64,000 nt of DNA from contig CM082596.2 of the NCBI GenBank assembly GCA_040954595.2, forward strand, positions 186,001-250,000. Reading direction: 5' to 3'. Below the pieces are notes generated by a model. That model worked only from the letters and a program-made list of their open reading frames with translations, was not told where the DNA came from and did not search any database. Made by a program: the position numbers and the translations under genes. Source of the stretch: Balanoglossus misakiensis (Eukaryota; Animalia; Hemichordata). Shown piece after piece: positions 25,701 through 46,200 of this stretch (the stretch's first letter is position 1; every line of letters begins with the position of its first letter).

Positions 25701-26288
25701 AAAGCATAAATCTGGCTGACTGGACACAAGTGAGGTTTACAAATGTCTGTCTCTAATTGAATACATGAAATTAGGCAGATGGTGAAAATGATACACAGGG
25801 TGTATGAACCTGTTCCTAAAAACATTTTCTATCTCTTGACCTGACAAATAAAACTTTGCCATTCAGTTTACTGAATGTGTTCTATCTCAATTATAATCTG
25901 GTACAGCTCCACTATATATTTGTAAAGTTACATTCCAAGGCAAACCAATGCACAACATAGCATTAATCTCTATCTACTACCACGACTATAAAGTGCCATA
26001 ACTATCCAGCTACACAAACAGCTAACTAGAGTCTCAGGATATGCAATGTGTACAGCAGATGCTGTTTAATGGCTATGCTGAGTTACCTATTTGATTAAAG
26101 ACAAGGTATGTGCCATCCCTAGAGTCATACAGTGTAAGGCTGGCCCCTCTCTTCAGGATGATTGTCAAGGATTCAAGCATGCTCTAGCATAAATAACAAT
26201 AGAGAACATGTAATGCATTGTATCTGTGAGGTGAATGCTGGTAATTCTAGTCTGGCACAAGTAGTACTAATTGAACTAAAGAGTCGTT

Positions 26289-32838
<6,550 letters not shown>

Positions 32839-34090
32839 ACTTTCTTGATCCTTCAAGGTATAAAATAACCTCCTTCACAAATGACCGCAGAATTGGTGCC
32901 AAGTAAGGGTTGCTTGATGGTTGCTTTTTTTCTGTACTGGCAGTGCTTCTATAAAACCTACAAAAAACCAAACTTTCGTTTTAGAGAAAATGTGTGTTCT
33001 GTACAAATGTTTTCATATGGTGTGGTGCATTAAAAATGTATGCTGTCCAAGGTGAAATTACCCATAGCCTGATACAAGAGTAGACTGAAGGGCTGGCACC
33101 AACCACAACAGAATGACTCATGCAGATCCACTGCGGATCGTCAACAGTTGACATGTTTATATTTTACAGCAGGTGGTACAGATTTTTTTATTGTGCATCA
33201 GTGATATAAAGTACGACATTATAAAACTGTATACTGCACCAGAAGGCTACGTACTGGGGTTTCTTAGTAGTGTTTTTTCTGCTCTGACTATCCCAACAGA
33301 TTTGTCAAATAATTTGGCTTCAACATGGAACTGATGCATAGGCTAGTTGAAACTGAGGCTTGGCTGATCTGCTTTTGTCACTGAAGCATCTTTTCTTTAG
33401 TTTGAATGTATAATGGTAAAAGCTATTGATGTACATAAGCAAAATACTTGTACCCACATATCTCATATCTCCCCTACAAAGGACAATGGGCAATGACAAA
33501 AGGAAACCATACAAATACATGTATGGAAGACTCTTACTTATCATAAATTTATGATACAGATGATATGTACATATGCCTGGTCAATTCATTTTCGGTAAAA
33601 AATATGGGGTTGAACAGACACGTATGTATTTACAACGTATACGGTCGAATGATATCAACTGATCAAGATAGCACAACAAAACACCTGTTACGAACATTTG
33701 TATGTACATGTACATGTATGTATGTTGCAATGAAACCCAAAATGTTAATCATTCTTAATCAGATCGGAAAGGGGTACTAACGGTAATGTAGCAGCATTAC
33801 ATTAGCACGAGATTTTGCTCGGAAAATTGGGAGTATACCCCAATAAAATTGTGCAAAATGTATATTTATTTTACAACAAGAGTAGCCTCTGTGGTTTTAT
33901 GTTCACGAAAGCCACAGCTGAAAGCGTCGACGTAAACCAAGTCGAATTTACTAATTGAAATGAATCATTAATGTAAATTTCAAAGAGTCGCTACAAAGAA
34001 AATACAATGAGGGTGTTTTATATAGCCCTTTTCAAGCAAAATACCATCTTATTATTGCCGAGAAGATATTAATTTTACAGATTTGCTTAC

Positions 34091-34424
34091 CTGGTACCTA
34101 CAATATCGACACGTCCGCCATGTTGATGATGCGTCTAACATGGCTATACCATTTTTTATTATCATTTAAAAGTACATTATCTCTGACGTGTATGGAGACT
34201 AAAACGTAAGCCAAGTTCCAAATAACAACGTTTGTAACTCAATCTTTCTTATGAACTACGAAAATTAAACATTCTTTTTTGTTTAACACGATGATTTTCA
34301 ACGTGCACGCCGTTACTTCGCGAGTGACAGCTTGAACTCAACCACCCCTATTAGCGAAATGATAACATCCAGGTCGCGTCAAGTAGCGCCCTCTGCGACG
34401 TGTCTGTTGGGAAATATACAAAAA
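34091..34424. promoter_or_regulatory. Bidirectional ICA1/DNAJB11 promoter with ICA1 non-coding first exon
   Basis: Minus-strand donor CAG|GTAAGC at 34091/34090, with YY1-like AACATGGCGG in that exon. TTCGCGAG (TCTCGCGAGA-like) near 34317, CTCF-like TAGCGCCCTCTGC at 34384, and YY1-like AAAATGGCG over the DNAJB11 ATG. Locally CpG-enriched. Confidence 0.65.
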
Positions 34425-37400
34425 ATGGCGTCGCCGGTAACTATATGGCTGCTTGTCCTGCATCTATCTCTCGCCGTTTTAGCTGGGTAAGCACATCGAT
34501 CTCTGACTAACAAACATTCCACAATGAGATAATTTTCTCTGGGTTCTAGTCTGAGACAGACTTCATCGTCTATCGACTTCAATGACCGAACGATTTTGTG
34601 ACAGAGTGCATGTCCAGGTTTAACTTTAAGTACACGTGTAACATTTACAACACGGAAGCTGTGATGTCCGAATCAGACTGAGGCTTACAAACACATTTAT
34701 TTTAGAATCATAATGTACTTACTTTTGTCGACTTCGTGGTTTAAAGGCTTAAACTGAGGGTAGATATTTCAGTACTTTTTTAGCATGGCCAAATCATCAT
34801 CAAACAGTAACATGTTTCAAGTGCAACATACAAATTTGATATTGACATTGTACATCATGAACACAAACCGATCATGCATATAATATATGTGATCTTAATA
34901 ATTGTTGTTTAAATTGATGTTAAGATGTCTGTTTATCATGTTTTCAGGAGGGACTTTTACAAAATATTGGGCGTTCCAAAAGATGCAACAACCAAACAGA
35001 TAAAAAAAGCTTATCGAAAACTGGCCATGGAATATCATCCAGATAAAAATCCTGATGATCCTGAGGCACAAGAAAAATTCCAGGACCTTGGTGCAGCGTA
35101 TGAAGTATGATATTGATGTATTTATTTATTTGTCCTGATAATGATTCAGTCAGAATTAGTCTTTACTTTTTTTATTTGAGAGAACTGTTGTCGACAAACA
35201 AGATGTGAAAGTTGATGTTAGCATATGTTATCATGAATTTATGTAAATTCCTGAAGATTTCCATAGCCACATTTAAAAAATAATATGCTGCTCATGAATT
35301 TTGTATGTCAGAATGATTACCTTAAATGTCAAAACCAATAATTCTGCTGATAGAATCACTGCTGATGCCATATATCAGTATTTTTTGAGCAGTTGAAATA
35401 AAGACACAATGCTTCTGCTTTCAATGATATACATTTTCAATATACATAAACGATGATAGTTCAAAATAATAATATTTTAGTGCATATGATTGTATCCTGG
35501 TCATTACTGTGGAGCTGTTGATTGTTATGTACAAGTACAACACTGAATACATTTCTGAGACATAAAAGCTATTGTGGCCATTGCTGATTGGTTGTAGATG
35601 TGACCTCATTTGCATGATAATGAACGATTAAATGGACCAGTTCCATTCATAAAAAAAACTTTACCTTCACCACAGTTCTACTATTGCACTTACAATTCAA
35701 CAGGTCTGGCTCCCAAATCCCCCAAATTAATCCAATCAAGGATGGTACTGATAAGGAATGAAAAGATTTGAAGAGATCTTTATTTCTTGATGAATTAAAT
35801 CCTGTATTTCATTAGCAACATATCCATTTATTTTCCAATTCCATCTTATGTTTCAGGTTCTATCGGATTCAGACAAAAGGAAAACATACGACAGACATGG
35901 AGAAGAAGGATTAAAAGAAGGAGGGATGGGTCATGGAGATCCATTCACAAGTTTCTTTGGTGACTTTGGATTTGGTGGATTCCATTTTGGTGGAGGGGGT
36001 CATCGTAATGATGATATTCCACGTGGGGCTGACGTGGAAATGGATTTGTTTGTGACTTTAGAAGAGTTGTATACTGGTGATTTTATTGAGGTAATTTGAT
36101 TAAAACCATAATAATAATTAAGTTCATTATTTCAAGAATTGTCTGGATGACAAGTACTATGGGTATCAGAGGACAGTCTGTAACATCAAGACAGATAATG
36201 AAGAATTTCCCCCAAAATGTGAACTGCTTGATTTGTTGTACAGATTGCTCAATAGTACACAATTGATCAAACACCCATGTGATGTAATATTATTATTACT
36301 TTTTAGGTTGTTCGCTACAAACCAGTTCCCAAGACGACCGCAGGTTTCAGAAAGTGTAATTGTCATCAGGAAATGCAAACTATACAACTTGGACCTGGAA
36401 GATTTCAAATGTCACCTCGAGATGTGTGTGATGAATGTCCAAATGTAAAGTAAGAGAAAGTGCTATTCAAGTGACCATTTTGAATGTCAGCTGTTGCTTT
36501 AATATGTATAATATACATGTACCAGTTCATATGCACACACAGATACTGGTAAATTGACTGAAAGGCATACAGACAGACAGACAAACTACAGCCTGTTCAA
36601 TTAAATGAGCAAGACCCAGAAAGCAGTAATCCACCTGGTGGGTCAGACCATGGAAATGTTGTTTATAAATGGGAATATGTTCTGTACTCAAGGAAGCCAG
36701 TCTGTTCAGGCTCAAAACACAGAGCTGCTCTTTCATGTAAATATTTATATCTTTGTACAGATTAGTAAATGAAGAAAAGTTACTAGAAATAGAAATTGAA
36801 CCAGGCATGAAAGATGGCCATGTTTATCCATTTATATCAGAAGGTAAGTTTTGTAGTTGTGCAGAAATATACAATATTGTTTAGTTGAAAGTTGGAATTT
36901 GGCCAATTTTGAAACATGCTTAGACCAATTTCATTTACATTTGGCATAGAGACTGTGTGCCATGCCAATTTGTGTTTCATCCATCGGAGACTGTGTTATT
37001 GAAATAGATTATTTCTCATTGACAGGGGAGCCGCACATTGATGGTGAGCCTGGAGATTTGAAGTTCTTCATTTATCAACAAAAGTAAGTTGTACATTCTG
37101 ACAGTTCCACTCTATACAGAATAAAATTTATGTTAAATACTTACAACTTGCTCATCTCAAATATTACCGATACTATCTCTTGAATATATTGCTGACAACT
37201 GTTCTCTCTTTCAGACATCCCAGATTCGAAAGAAAAGGAGATGATTTGTACACAAATGTTACAATCTCATTGCGAGATGCACTAGTTGGATTTGAAATGG
37301 ATATTGAACATTTAGATGGCCACAAGGTAGGTTAACATTGTTACTTCACATAATCATTATTAGCATGATTATACTATTCCAAAAAGTTCTCAATTCATAT

Positions 37401-37952
37401 GCAAACCACATTGACTATTTTTTCAGATTAAACTAATAGAGCTTTATGATAATTGTTGTCATCTTGTTTAGGTTCATATACAAAGAGACAAAGTCACATG
37501 GCCTGGTGCCCGAATCCGCAAGAAGAATGAAGGCATGCCTAATTATGAAAACAACAACTTGAAAGGCACCCTTTATATTACTTTTGATGTTGATTTCCCA
37601 AAAGTTCAGTTTAATGATGAAGAAAAAGAAGGTAAGTTGTAGAAACAGTCTTGGCAGTGAAAACTGCAAATTGATTGTCTTGACAGTGTCTCTGGAGAGT
37701 CCATGTAGGTTTTTAGAAGTTTCCTAGTCAAAGTGAAATCAATATTTGCATACATTCCAATAACTTATAATTTACATCACTGGTGGGCCCTAACTTGAAA
37801 CATTTTTACTCATTAGCATAACTGTTGGGTAGATTGTAATGATTCTCAGTAACGACTGACCATCATGTTTTTTTTCTTTCTGTCAAGGTCTTATTAAACT
37901 GCTGAAGCAAGAGCAAGAACAGAAAGTGTACAATGGACTTCAAGGATATTAA
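34425..37952 (+). CDS. DNAJB11: DnaJ homolog subfamily B member 11 (ERdj3), 9 exons, about 357 aa
   Basis: Exons 34425-34486, 34948-35104, 35857-36090, 36307-36449, 36761-36843, 37026-37083, 37215-37326, 37472-37631, 37888-37952 (1074 nt). Signal peptide; [37 protein letters not shown]; G/F region; [13 protein letters not shown]; [13 protein letters not shown]; C-terminal [10 protein letters not shown]. Confidence 0.97.
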
Positions 37953-38777
37953 CAGATGCAATATTTTGTACTTCATGCTTTGATTTTAATCTCCTATTTG
38001 CTATAAGGATATATAGCAATATGAGAGTGCTGTTCATTTGAGTATTACTATTACTACAAGTTCTGTAGTCATTATTTGATTCTTGTATCAAAAAATAATC
38101 TTTGCAATTGATCAAAACTTGGTGTTGGCTTCTTTTTTTTAGGGAACCCTCCTATCCAGTTTGCATAGCATAGATCTACAGACACAAATCAACTAGCAAT
38201 GAGTTCAATCTCTTCACTTCTTTGTGATTTAATTTATTCTTATGATCAAACATATGTAATCAAGGCCTTAGTTGCACTACACAGTAGCAATGAGTATATA
38301 AATATCTTGCTTTAACTCTGTTTTGAATTGAAGGACTTCGTGAACTTCAAGAATAAATACCAACTCGTTACACCAGTACATGATAATAATTACTACATTC
38401 TGTTGTAATTTTAAATAGTGGATCTAAACATTTTATTTGGGAAGTTAAACAGTGGTTTTAGCAGATTCTTTTTTGACACCCTTATTTTTTACTTTTCCAC
38501 TTGTACTTTTTCTCAGAAACTCTCACAGTTTTCAGATATGCTAGCTCTATGATTGCTTGTCGCTTTTACACTTACTTCATTCAGACATTTGCATCAATTT
38601 GATTTGCATAGATATCTGTATGCATTTTTAATCAAAAGTCTAATCTGTGAATTTCATGATCTGGTTTTATATTTTATAGAGCTCATCAAACTCTGGTAAA
38701 GTCAATTTTGTAAACCTAGAATCTGAATAAAAGTCATTTGAGACAACGACATACATGTCTAATTATTTTTTATTTAA

Positions 38778-39396
38778 AGGGGAAATCCGTTGTAGCTGAT
38801 TTCCACATAATTTAGTAGCTTTGAGGTCACTCTTTCAGAAAAAAACATATTCGCCATGTATAAGTCGCGCGATTTTTTATAAAGTCGAGGGAAAGTTGGC
38901 AGAATTTCCAATATGGCGTTTACTGTAATTTGAATCATGGGAAAAAAGGCGCCAGGACCAACTTCCTCCCACCTTGGTGTGGGTGATACCATTTTCCGAT
39001 TGGTGTCACTGCGTCACAAGCTAAGCGTATTTGCATATTTTTCATGGGTTATAGCTCATGAAAACTGTCAATAGATGACAAATTTTCGACTTTGCTGATG
39101 ACTGTTTATCAACTGATGCAAAGAACAAACAATAGCTATGAAAATACGCCTAGTCTGGCGCCCAGTGACACCAATCGGAGAATGGTATCACCCACACCAT
39201 GGTGGGCGGAAGTTGGTCCTGGCGCTTTTTTTCCCATGATTCAAATTACAGTAAACGCCATATTGGAAATTCTGCCACCTTTCCCTCGACTTTGTAAAAA
39301 ATCGCGCGACCTATACATGGCGAATATGTTTTTTTCTGAAAGAGTGACCTCAAAGCTACCAAATTATGTGGAAATAAGCTACACCGGATTTCCCCT
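38778..39396. mobile_element. Non-autonomous Kolobok-like DNA transposon (619 bp, TIRs about 230 bp, TTAA TSD)
   Basis: TTAA|AGGGGAAATCCG ... CGGATTTCCCCT|TTAA. The near-identical inverted arms give mirror ORFs (38774-38992 - and 39092-39400 +). AG..CT termini with a TTAA TSD fit Kolobok better than piggyBac (CC..GG). Confidence 0.9.
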
Positions 39397-40278
39397 TTAA
39401 GAGGCATTTATATGAGACAAATAGTACCACGGTTGTTGTGTGACTTGGATCAACTCAACAATATTATTAGCTGTCGACACACAACATAGGACCAGTTTAT
39501 CTTTCAATGAAATATGAAAACAGGTTGTTTACCTCAGAAAAACTGCAGAAAAACACGAAAAGTACCAGATTTTCAACAGGATTTAATCCTGTCTTTCTCA
39601 TATTAAACAGATGGGAGTGGTTAATTGCATGGTGTCTATATAAATCCCCTTTCAAATATATTTTGAAAAAAACAACCTTTTCCACTTTGGCAACATGAAT
39701 AGTGCAATTTTAATCCAAAATTTGCTGTTTGGCACAAGGCATTGGAAGTGGCATGGTTATTTGTGTGTGGTAAGAAATGTCACGCATTTGGAAGCCCTAA
39801 AATGCCCTTTTCAACAAATCCTTTGTCCAATTGACAACAAGAAAACATTTTCCTCCCACGCGACCACCATGGTGGCGTTGCTATTGACATGTTTATTATT
39901 CATCACGAGAAGAGAATCCAGCAAGTGAGAGTAAGGAGTACTAATTATATTTTATAAATATTACATGTTTGGAGCTCATTTGGTCACATGCCCAGCTTCG
40001 TTAAGAAAGAATCCCTTAACTTGTAGAATAGAAACTCAACAAATGCTGTTTTTTGTATTTGGCTATGAATGCATCTGAAGTAGATTCTGTGGTATATTTC
40101 CCAAATTCGCATATTTTTGTGCATGTTACATAAAGCAGTGACCTCTATGCAAATTTTGTCAGTCCCTGGGATTCACCGTTCCCACTTTAAACCTCATCCG
40201 AAGAAGTGATCGTCAATTATGTATTCGAACTCTAATCTTGAGGAGAGCACATCCAACTCTTGTGCTGTGAAGAGCAAC

Positions 40279-43200
40279 ATGTCACAGGCGACACAAGGAA
40301 AAGGCTATGTAAGTGAAAAGTTTGTTCCAATTCAGTATATATCTACAAGATCAGATTGAGTATGTGGCAGCATATAGTAATCCACGTTTTATATCCCATG
40401 ATTGATGAATATAGTTATCATCAGCTGTTTGATGCCATATATGGCATTGCATGGTACAATAATTACAAGTAATATTTGCACTTAAAACTGCAACTGTGGT
40501 ATCTAGTATGCAGGTCAATCGTGACGGAAACTGTCAGCAATCGGCTTTACAAAACATTTCAAAATAGTGGAAATGCATTAAACATAATTGTTTATTTTGC
40601 CTATGCATGTACCATAAGCTGCTCAAAATATAACCATAAACTGTTCAGTTCTGTTTTCATTTTTAAAATATTTTTCGCAGGGTTGTGTTAAAGTCGACGT
40701 CAGTGTTCTTGAAAGTGGGTGTAGATACAAAACATTCGTCATTCATGAAACAACCACAAGGTAAAAACAGTAAAATTATTTTTGAGTGTTTGTTGGGCTA
40801 AAATTCTTATGATTTCAAAATATCACTGTTTGTGATGGACGACCACCCATGAGTATTGTTGCTATGGCAACCACTTTAAATAAAATGTAACCTCGAAACA
40901 TTCAAGAAGCCTTTCCGTAAAAGATTGTTCGTGAAATGAAAAGGATTTGCTTGAGTTTGTTTGTCGGTTGGTTGGTCCAGTTCCTTAAATGATAACCTCA
41001 CATACTGATCCATAAAACTGAAGAGAAGGTTGCTTCCTCAGAATTTTCTTGCAATGATTGTTCACTGTATATATCTTATCACAGCAAGGAGCTCATCCTC
41101 AGAACACTGGTGAAATACAAGCGATCCAACGAAGATCAACACTTGTATTTTCTGACAGTGGGTATAAACAAAGAGCCAGACGGTATGAAATCTAATGCAT
41201 GTACCCTTGGTAGTAATAGTCGCTTCACATAATATGTATCCCGTCTCATGAACATAAAACTTGGTATTTTTGGATAGTACTTGTTGCATGGCAAGAATTT
41301 GTAGTTGATACAAAACAAAACGACAGATAGAAAATACAGATTTGCGTGTCATGATGGCAAGGCAAAACATTTTTTTTGCATTATCATTGATACACATATT
41401 AGTTTTCAAAAGTCATACAAATTTATATCAGAACTACTATTATAATAATTTCATTTCATCAGATCCATGTCAGTTGCAAAGTGTCACAGAAGATGCTTGT
41501 CCATTAACGTTACTTTCGAGCCAGTCAGGGTCACAAAAAGGGTACGTATGTGGATATAATAGCGTATAGTTTTCGAAATACATCTGCGATAATGCTGATC
41601 ACCAATAATGCTGTCTTGGTGTCTGCATAAAATGAGGTATCATTGGTGACAATTTAACAAATCACTGACTATGCAGATAACAATGGAGATTGTTCAGTCT
41701 TTACATTTAATTGTGAGCCCAGAGAGTAATGTGGTAACAGCTAGTACAAAGTAACTGGCTGACTTTCACATTTGCAGATTCTGTCTACGAATGCGACCTG
41801 GTGTACATGTTAAGGTGTATGGTGGTATATTGATGCCCGAGGTAAGACTTCTGCAGAGTAGATTGACTCCATCTATACTATACCCACTTGCTTACAGTTA
41901 GTTTCCAAGAAACCACATCCATAATATTGCTATTCACATTGTTTAAACTTTAATAGCCATAGTGAGTTCGCGTTCAGGTGTCACACCGATGGTGGCGCAC
42001 TTGATAAAACCAACTTCACTCTTAGACTGTTACTATACTTTCTTTCATCAACAGGCACCATACAAGACGTGTTATATATCTCTGTTATCAACATGCTCAG
42101 ACTTGATCGAACTTGTTTTCAAGAGGTATAACACACAGGAGGACCCGTCCGATTTCTGCTTGCATGAAGTTTCATCAAAATATAAATGTATGTGTTTTAT
42201 GGATAATCAAGACAATGATTCTTAGCCCATTTGCAAAAACACTTCATGTTTCCCGTTTGAAAATTGTGTCTTTTAGATTGTGTTGACATCCTGTAGTCTG
42301 CAAGCTACAAAAGTGTCTTATTAATCATGTGACGGGATACATTCAGAATCTGTGACCTTGCAGTAGTCTGCAAGCTACAAAAGTGTCTTAAATCATGTGA
42401 CGGGATACATTCAAAATCTGTGACCTTGCAGAGGCTATTTCTATACTAGTATTAATTATCAAAGACATATTTCCGCTATGCCATTTGAGTAGACTTTTAC
42501 TCCCACGTCGGCACGGGAACATCGTTGACTGATTAGGTATTTCATCTATAGTATCAATAGGATACCGATGGCCTCGAGGTTAAAGATGAAACTTGTTCCA
42601 CCTTTGTGCTTGCAATGTTTGTCGAGTGGGATTAACGATATCGCTTATTGTGGTTTTAGTAGAATTTCATTAGTTAACGAGGGTAGTACATATTTCTGCT
42701 TATTCCTGGCAACTGGCAGTTGTGTCACAAATAGGGTTGTGTACCCACTTAGAATGACTCAATATGTTAAAGTGATGAGTCAAAAAATAAATCTTTACTT
42801 ACCCAGCCATGAAGTATTTCCACAATTTGTCCGATTCCAGAATGTGAAATGGCACGGAGTTCATGTTCTTCACTGGACATGGAAAATTGACCAAATGCTG
42901 TTTGTACCAGAACAAAATATATGACAATATTATTTTTGATGTTTAATGTTTGATTTCTTGTGAACTTGACAGCTTCAAGACCTTTGTCTGACAACGACCT
43001 ACCATACACAATCCAGATGAGTTGGGGCAATGATGACGAAAGCTACTCCTTCCGTTTGCGACGTCGAACCACGCTTAAAGATTCAGTTTTGATTAAGGTT
43101 GGTAGACCCTAAGCCTTGACTTATCGATAAGAACTTTGAAGACCTAAAGACTCAATGCTTTGTGCTATCTTGAGTTGTACTGCGACAGGTACATTAATAC

Positions 43201-46200
43201 GTTGAACACCTAACTGACTGAATGTACTAATTACGGAACAACCATGAGGCTTTATAATGGAGATTGGAACAACATGAAAATGTCGCACTTAAAATATCTG
43301 ATAGACACGTCAACGGACCAACAAATTGACAGTGTTCATCCAAAGGGTGAAAAGGTCATATATCTGAAGTACAGTGTTTGTAAATTCTGTACCCACTCAA
43401 AATACTTCATGTATGCTTCCTATGGGGAGGTTTGTGACTGCCTGCTAAAATTGTCTGATTTTATATTTCAAGAGTGACAGGATGACTTCGACTGAGAAAA
43501 ATGACAAGACAAGAGACAAGAAAACACAACCAAAAGACGGAATGTCCATTGCTGGGAAATCAGAAGACCAGTCACCACAAATTTTTCAGGAAGCTCAAAA
43601 TGGTGTGCAGACTGCCTGTGGGGACCACAATGACACTGCAAAGATGAATTTAGGAACCTCTGATCAGACAGAGTGAGTAATCTATGAACTTTCATGAGTA
43701 CAAAAAGCTTATACATATTTGTAGTAAGAAAATCACACTGTTGACTAATAATGGCAATAAATAAGCAAGCTCCCATTCCAGCTATGTTAATTTTACATTG
43801 CAAGTTGTACGTGTCATGCAAACGATATATGTATGTAGATTTTCAGTTTGACCTTATTTTGTTACAAGTTCATGATATTTGTATCAGCAAATTATGACAT
43901 GTACGTCGCATTGGTCGAAAGATTAATCAAACAAGATGATCCATCACGAAAATATTAGAATGAAAACAATTAACCAAACTCTAACTTTTGTCACAGGTTC
44001 CTTGCGACCGACACCAAGATGAACACAGATGAAAGTCTGTTGAACTGCAAAACAACTGGCAAGATATTAAGGCAAGACGGCTATTATAGAGAAGATAGCG
44101 AGACTCCAACAAACTCGATCCAAGGAATGAGTGTTTTGGCCAGACGTAGCTATGAACTGACCCATTCTGACGTCAAGCCTTTATTGCGTCCATCGAAAAT
44201 GAAAATCAGTGCGAGTCTGCCGTGTTGCAGCGGGAGTCTACCACATAATGGAGCCCGCAATAAGAGCTTTATGGAAGATGCCAGAAATGGATCAAGAATT
44301 TCAATTGATACCAGAAGGTCGGCATGGAAATATCAGGATGATTTTCATAGGGAGGTCACAATGGCAGACAGTAGACATGCCAATTCGCGATCTCGAATTT
44401 TCCATAGTAGTGATGACAGTATTGCCGAATGCGATCGCTCGTTTAGACCGTTACCAATGACAGATCAGACGTTCCTGGCACAACATTCTACAACAGGTGA
44501 ATATGGCAGCTGCCCACAAGCTCAAAGAGAGAAAGTTAGACGAAAACCATCACAACTTTCCCTCTGTGATGAAAGGTATCACTATGACAAACGCCGTTCA
44601 TATGGACAGTTGCCCCTAGAGCGTGTTTGTTCAAATGTAAGAGGTGTACCGCAGTACGAAGCAAGAAGCGCCAGACGTGGTTCACTCTTACCGTATCATG
44701 AACATCATATGCAGAAAATTAGACAGCCAGACCAGCTGCAAGTGCCACCAAAATATAGCAAGGAAGAACATGGGAAAAGTCCACACCATCGTCGATTTTC
44801 AAGTCCAGATGTAGCTATACATAAGAAAACTCAGAGACGCATGAGTCTACCAGCGATGGCACCTCAGAAACTCAACCCAGAAGCAGCTCGATTTGTCCAG
44901 CCGTATGTACCACTTCACGAATTTGTTGGTCCGTCTGAATCAGAAGAAGAAAGTGAACCTGAACTACAACAGCAGTCAGCAATTCCAGCAGGTGAAAACA
45001 AAGGCATATTACGACCATTATTTGATGATATAAGGCGCAGTATTGCTGATATTTTGCTTTCCAGGGTTCGTAAGTCAACAAAACCCCCAACAACAGTTTT
45101 AATACAACAACGGAACGCAGATGATGATAGAGTTCAGGAGGGGAACAAGGTTGGTTGGACCTCCGCTACAGATCACAACTCTGTCCAAGGAGCTATGGCA
45201 ACAACGCATGAGCCACAAGTAGGACCAAAGACTCAACAAAGCCAACATAACACCCTCAGAGAAAGAAAATCTGCAACCACAGTTAATGAGCACGTCCAAG
45301 GTTTGCCTAGGCCAATGCCAACACATGGTCTATTTGACCTGTTAGATGGATGTACAATTACTCACGTGAACATGTTTGGAGGCTATTCTCAAAAGATGAT
45401 GAGGTGGGGAATCACACTATCCCAGACTGTTCCGGTAGCAGGGAGAAGTCATGGTCCATCTGAGTCACCACTGGGTATCGTCGTAGATCCACCATTGTTA
45501 GTGAGAGTGAGACATATTGCTCCAAACAGCATCAGCACAGACAGTAGACTGCGTAAAGGAGATATCATAATGGAGGTAATTAATGCCAAATATTAATTCT
45601 GTTTAATTCCAGAGTCCCTGTTTTTTTATGTTAGCCAGTCATTCGAGTCAATACATCCCTAATGCATTTTGTGCCTTGGTTTTGGCTAATTTGGCCCATT
45701 CCTGGCATTGAAGCCTTACACTGAAAAAAAGTCATGATTTCATTCTTTTTATACTTCTCAGGTGAACCACCAGATTGTTCTTGGAGCCACCCTGAATGCA
45801 GTCAGGATGCTAATTGACTCGGCAGTTGGACACTTGCTTCTCGTTGTTGCCAGGGAACCACCAGCAGATTATTCCTCCTCAGATTCTATGGTGGTTAGTA
45901 TATACATATGTCAGCAACTTAAAGACAAATCACAAAAATTCTACCAATTTTAGCCAAATTCAGTTGAAGGCATTGACCTACCTTGTCGTGTTGGTTGATA
46001 TCATTTTGGCATTCTTGTGGTTGCGACTCATGGTGTCAGCCAAGTGTAAATTACCAGTTCAAAATGTTTATAGTTGGGGAGTTCCTTTCTCAAAGCCTTG
46101 CTGATAGATATCTGCACCCGTATGCCTATGTGATAATTATAACAATAAACATGTTTGTTGCATCTGTGTTTCAGGATGTAATTGAGTATGAAGAACCCTT

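Noticed and set aside
38774-39400. Near-identical ORFs on opposite strands (72 aa and 102 aa)
   Set aside because: They are by-products of the transposon's terminal inverted repeats, not genes.
42552-42578. Possible 27-nt micro-exon in the RA-PDZ gene
   Set aside because: Frame-compatible, but the donor is weak (GTTAAA) and the RA domain reads well without it.
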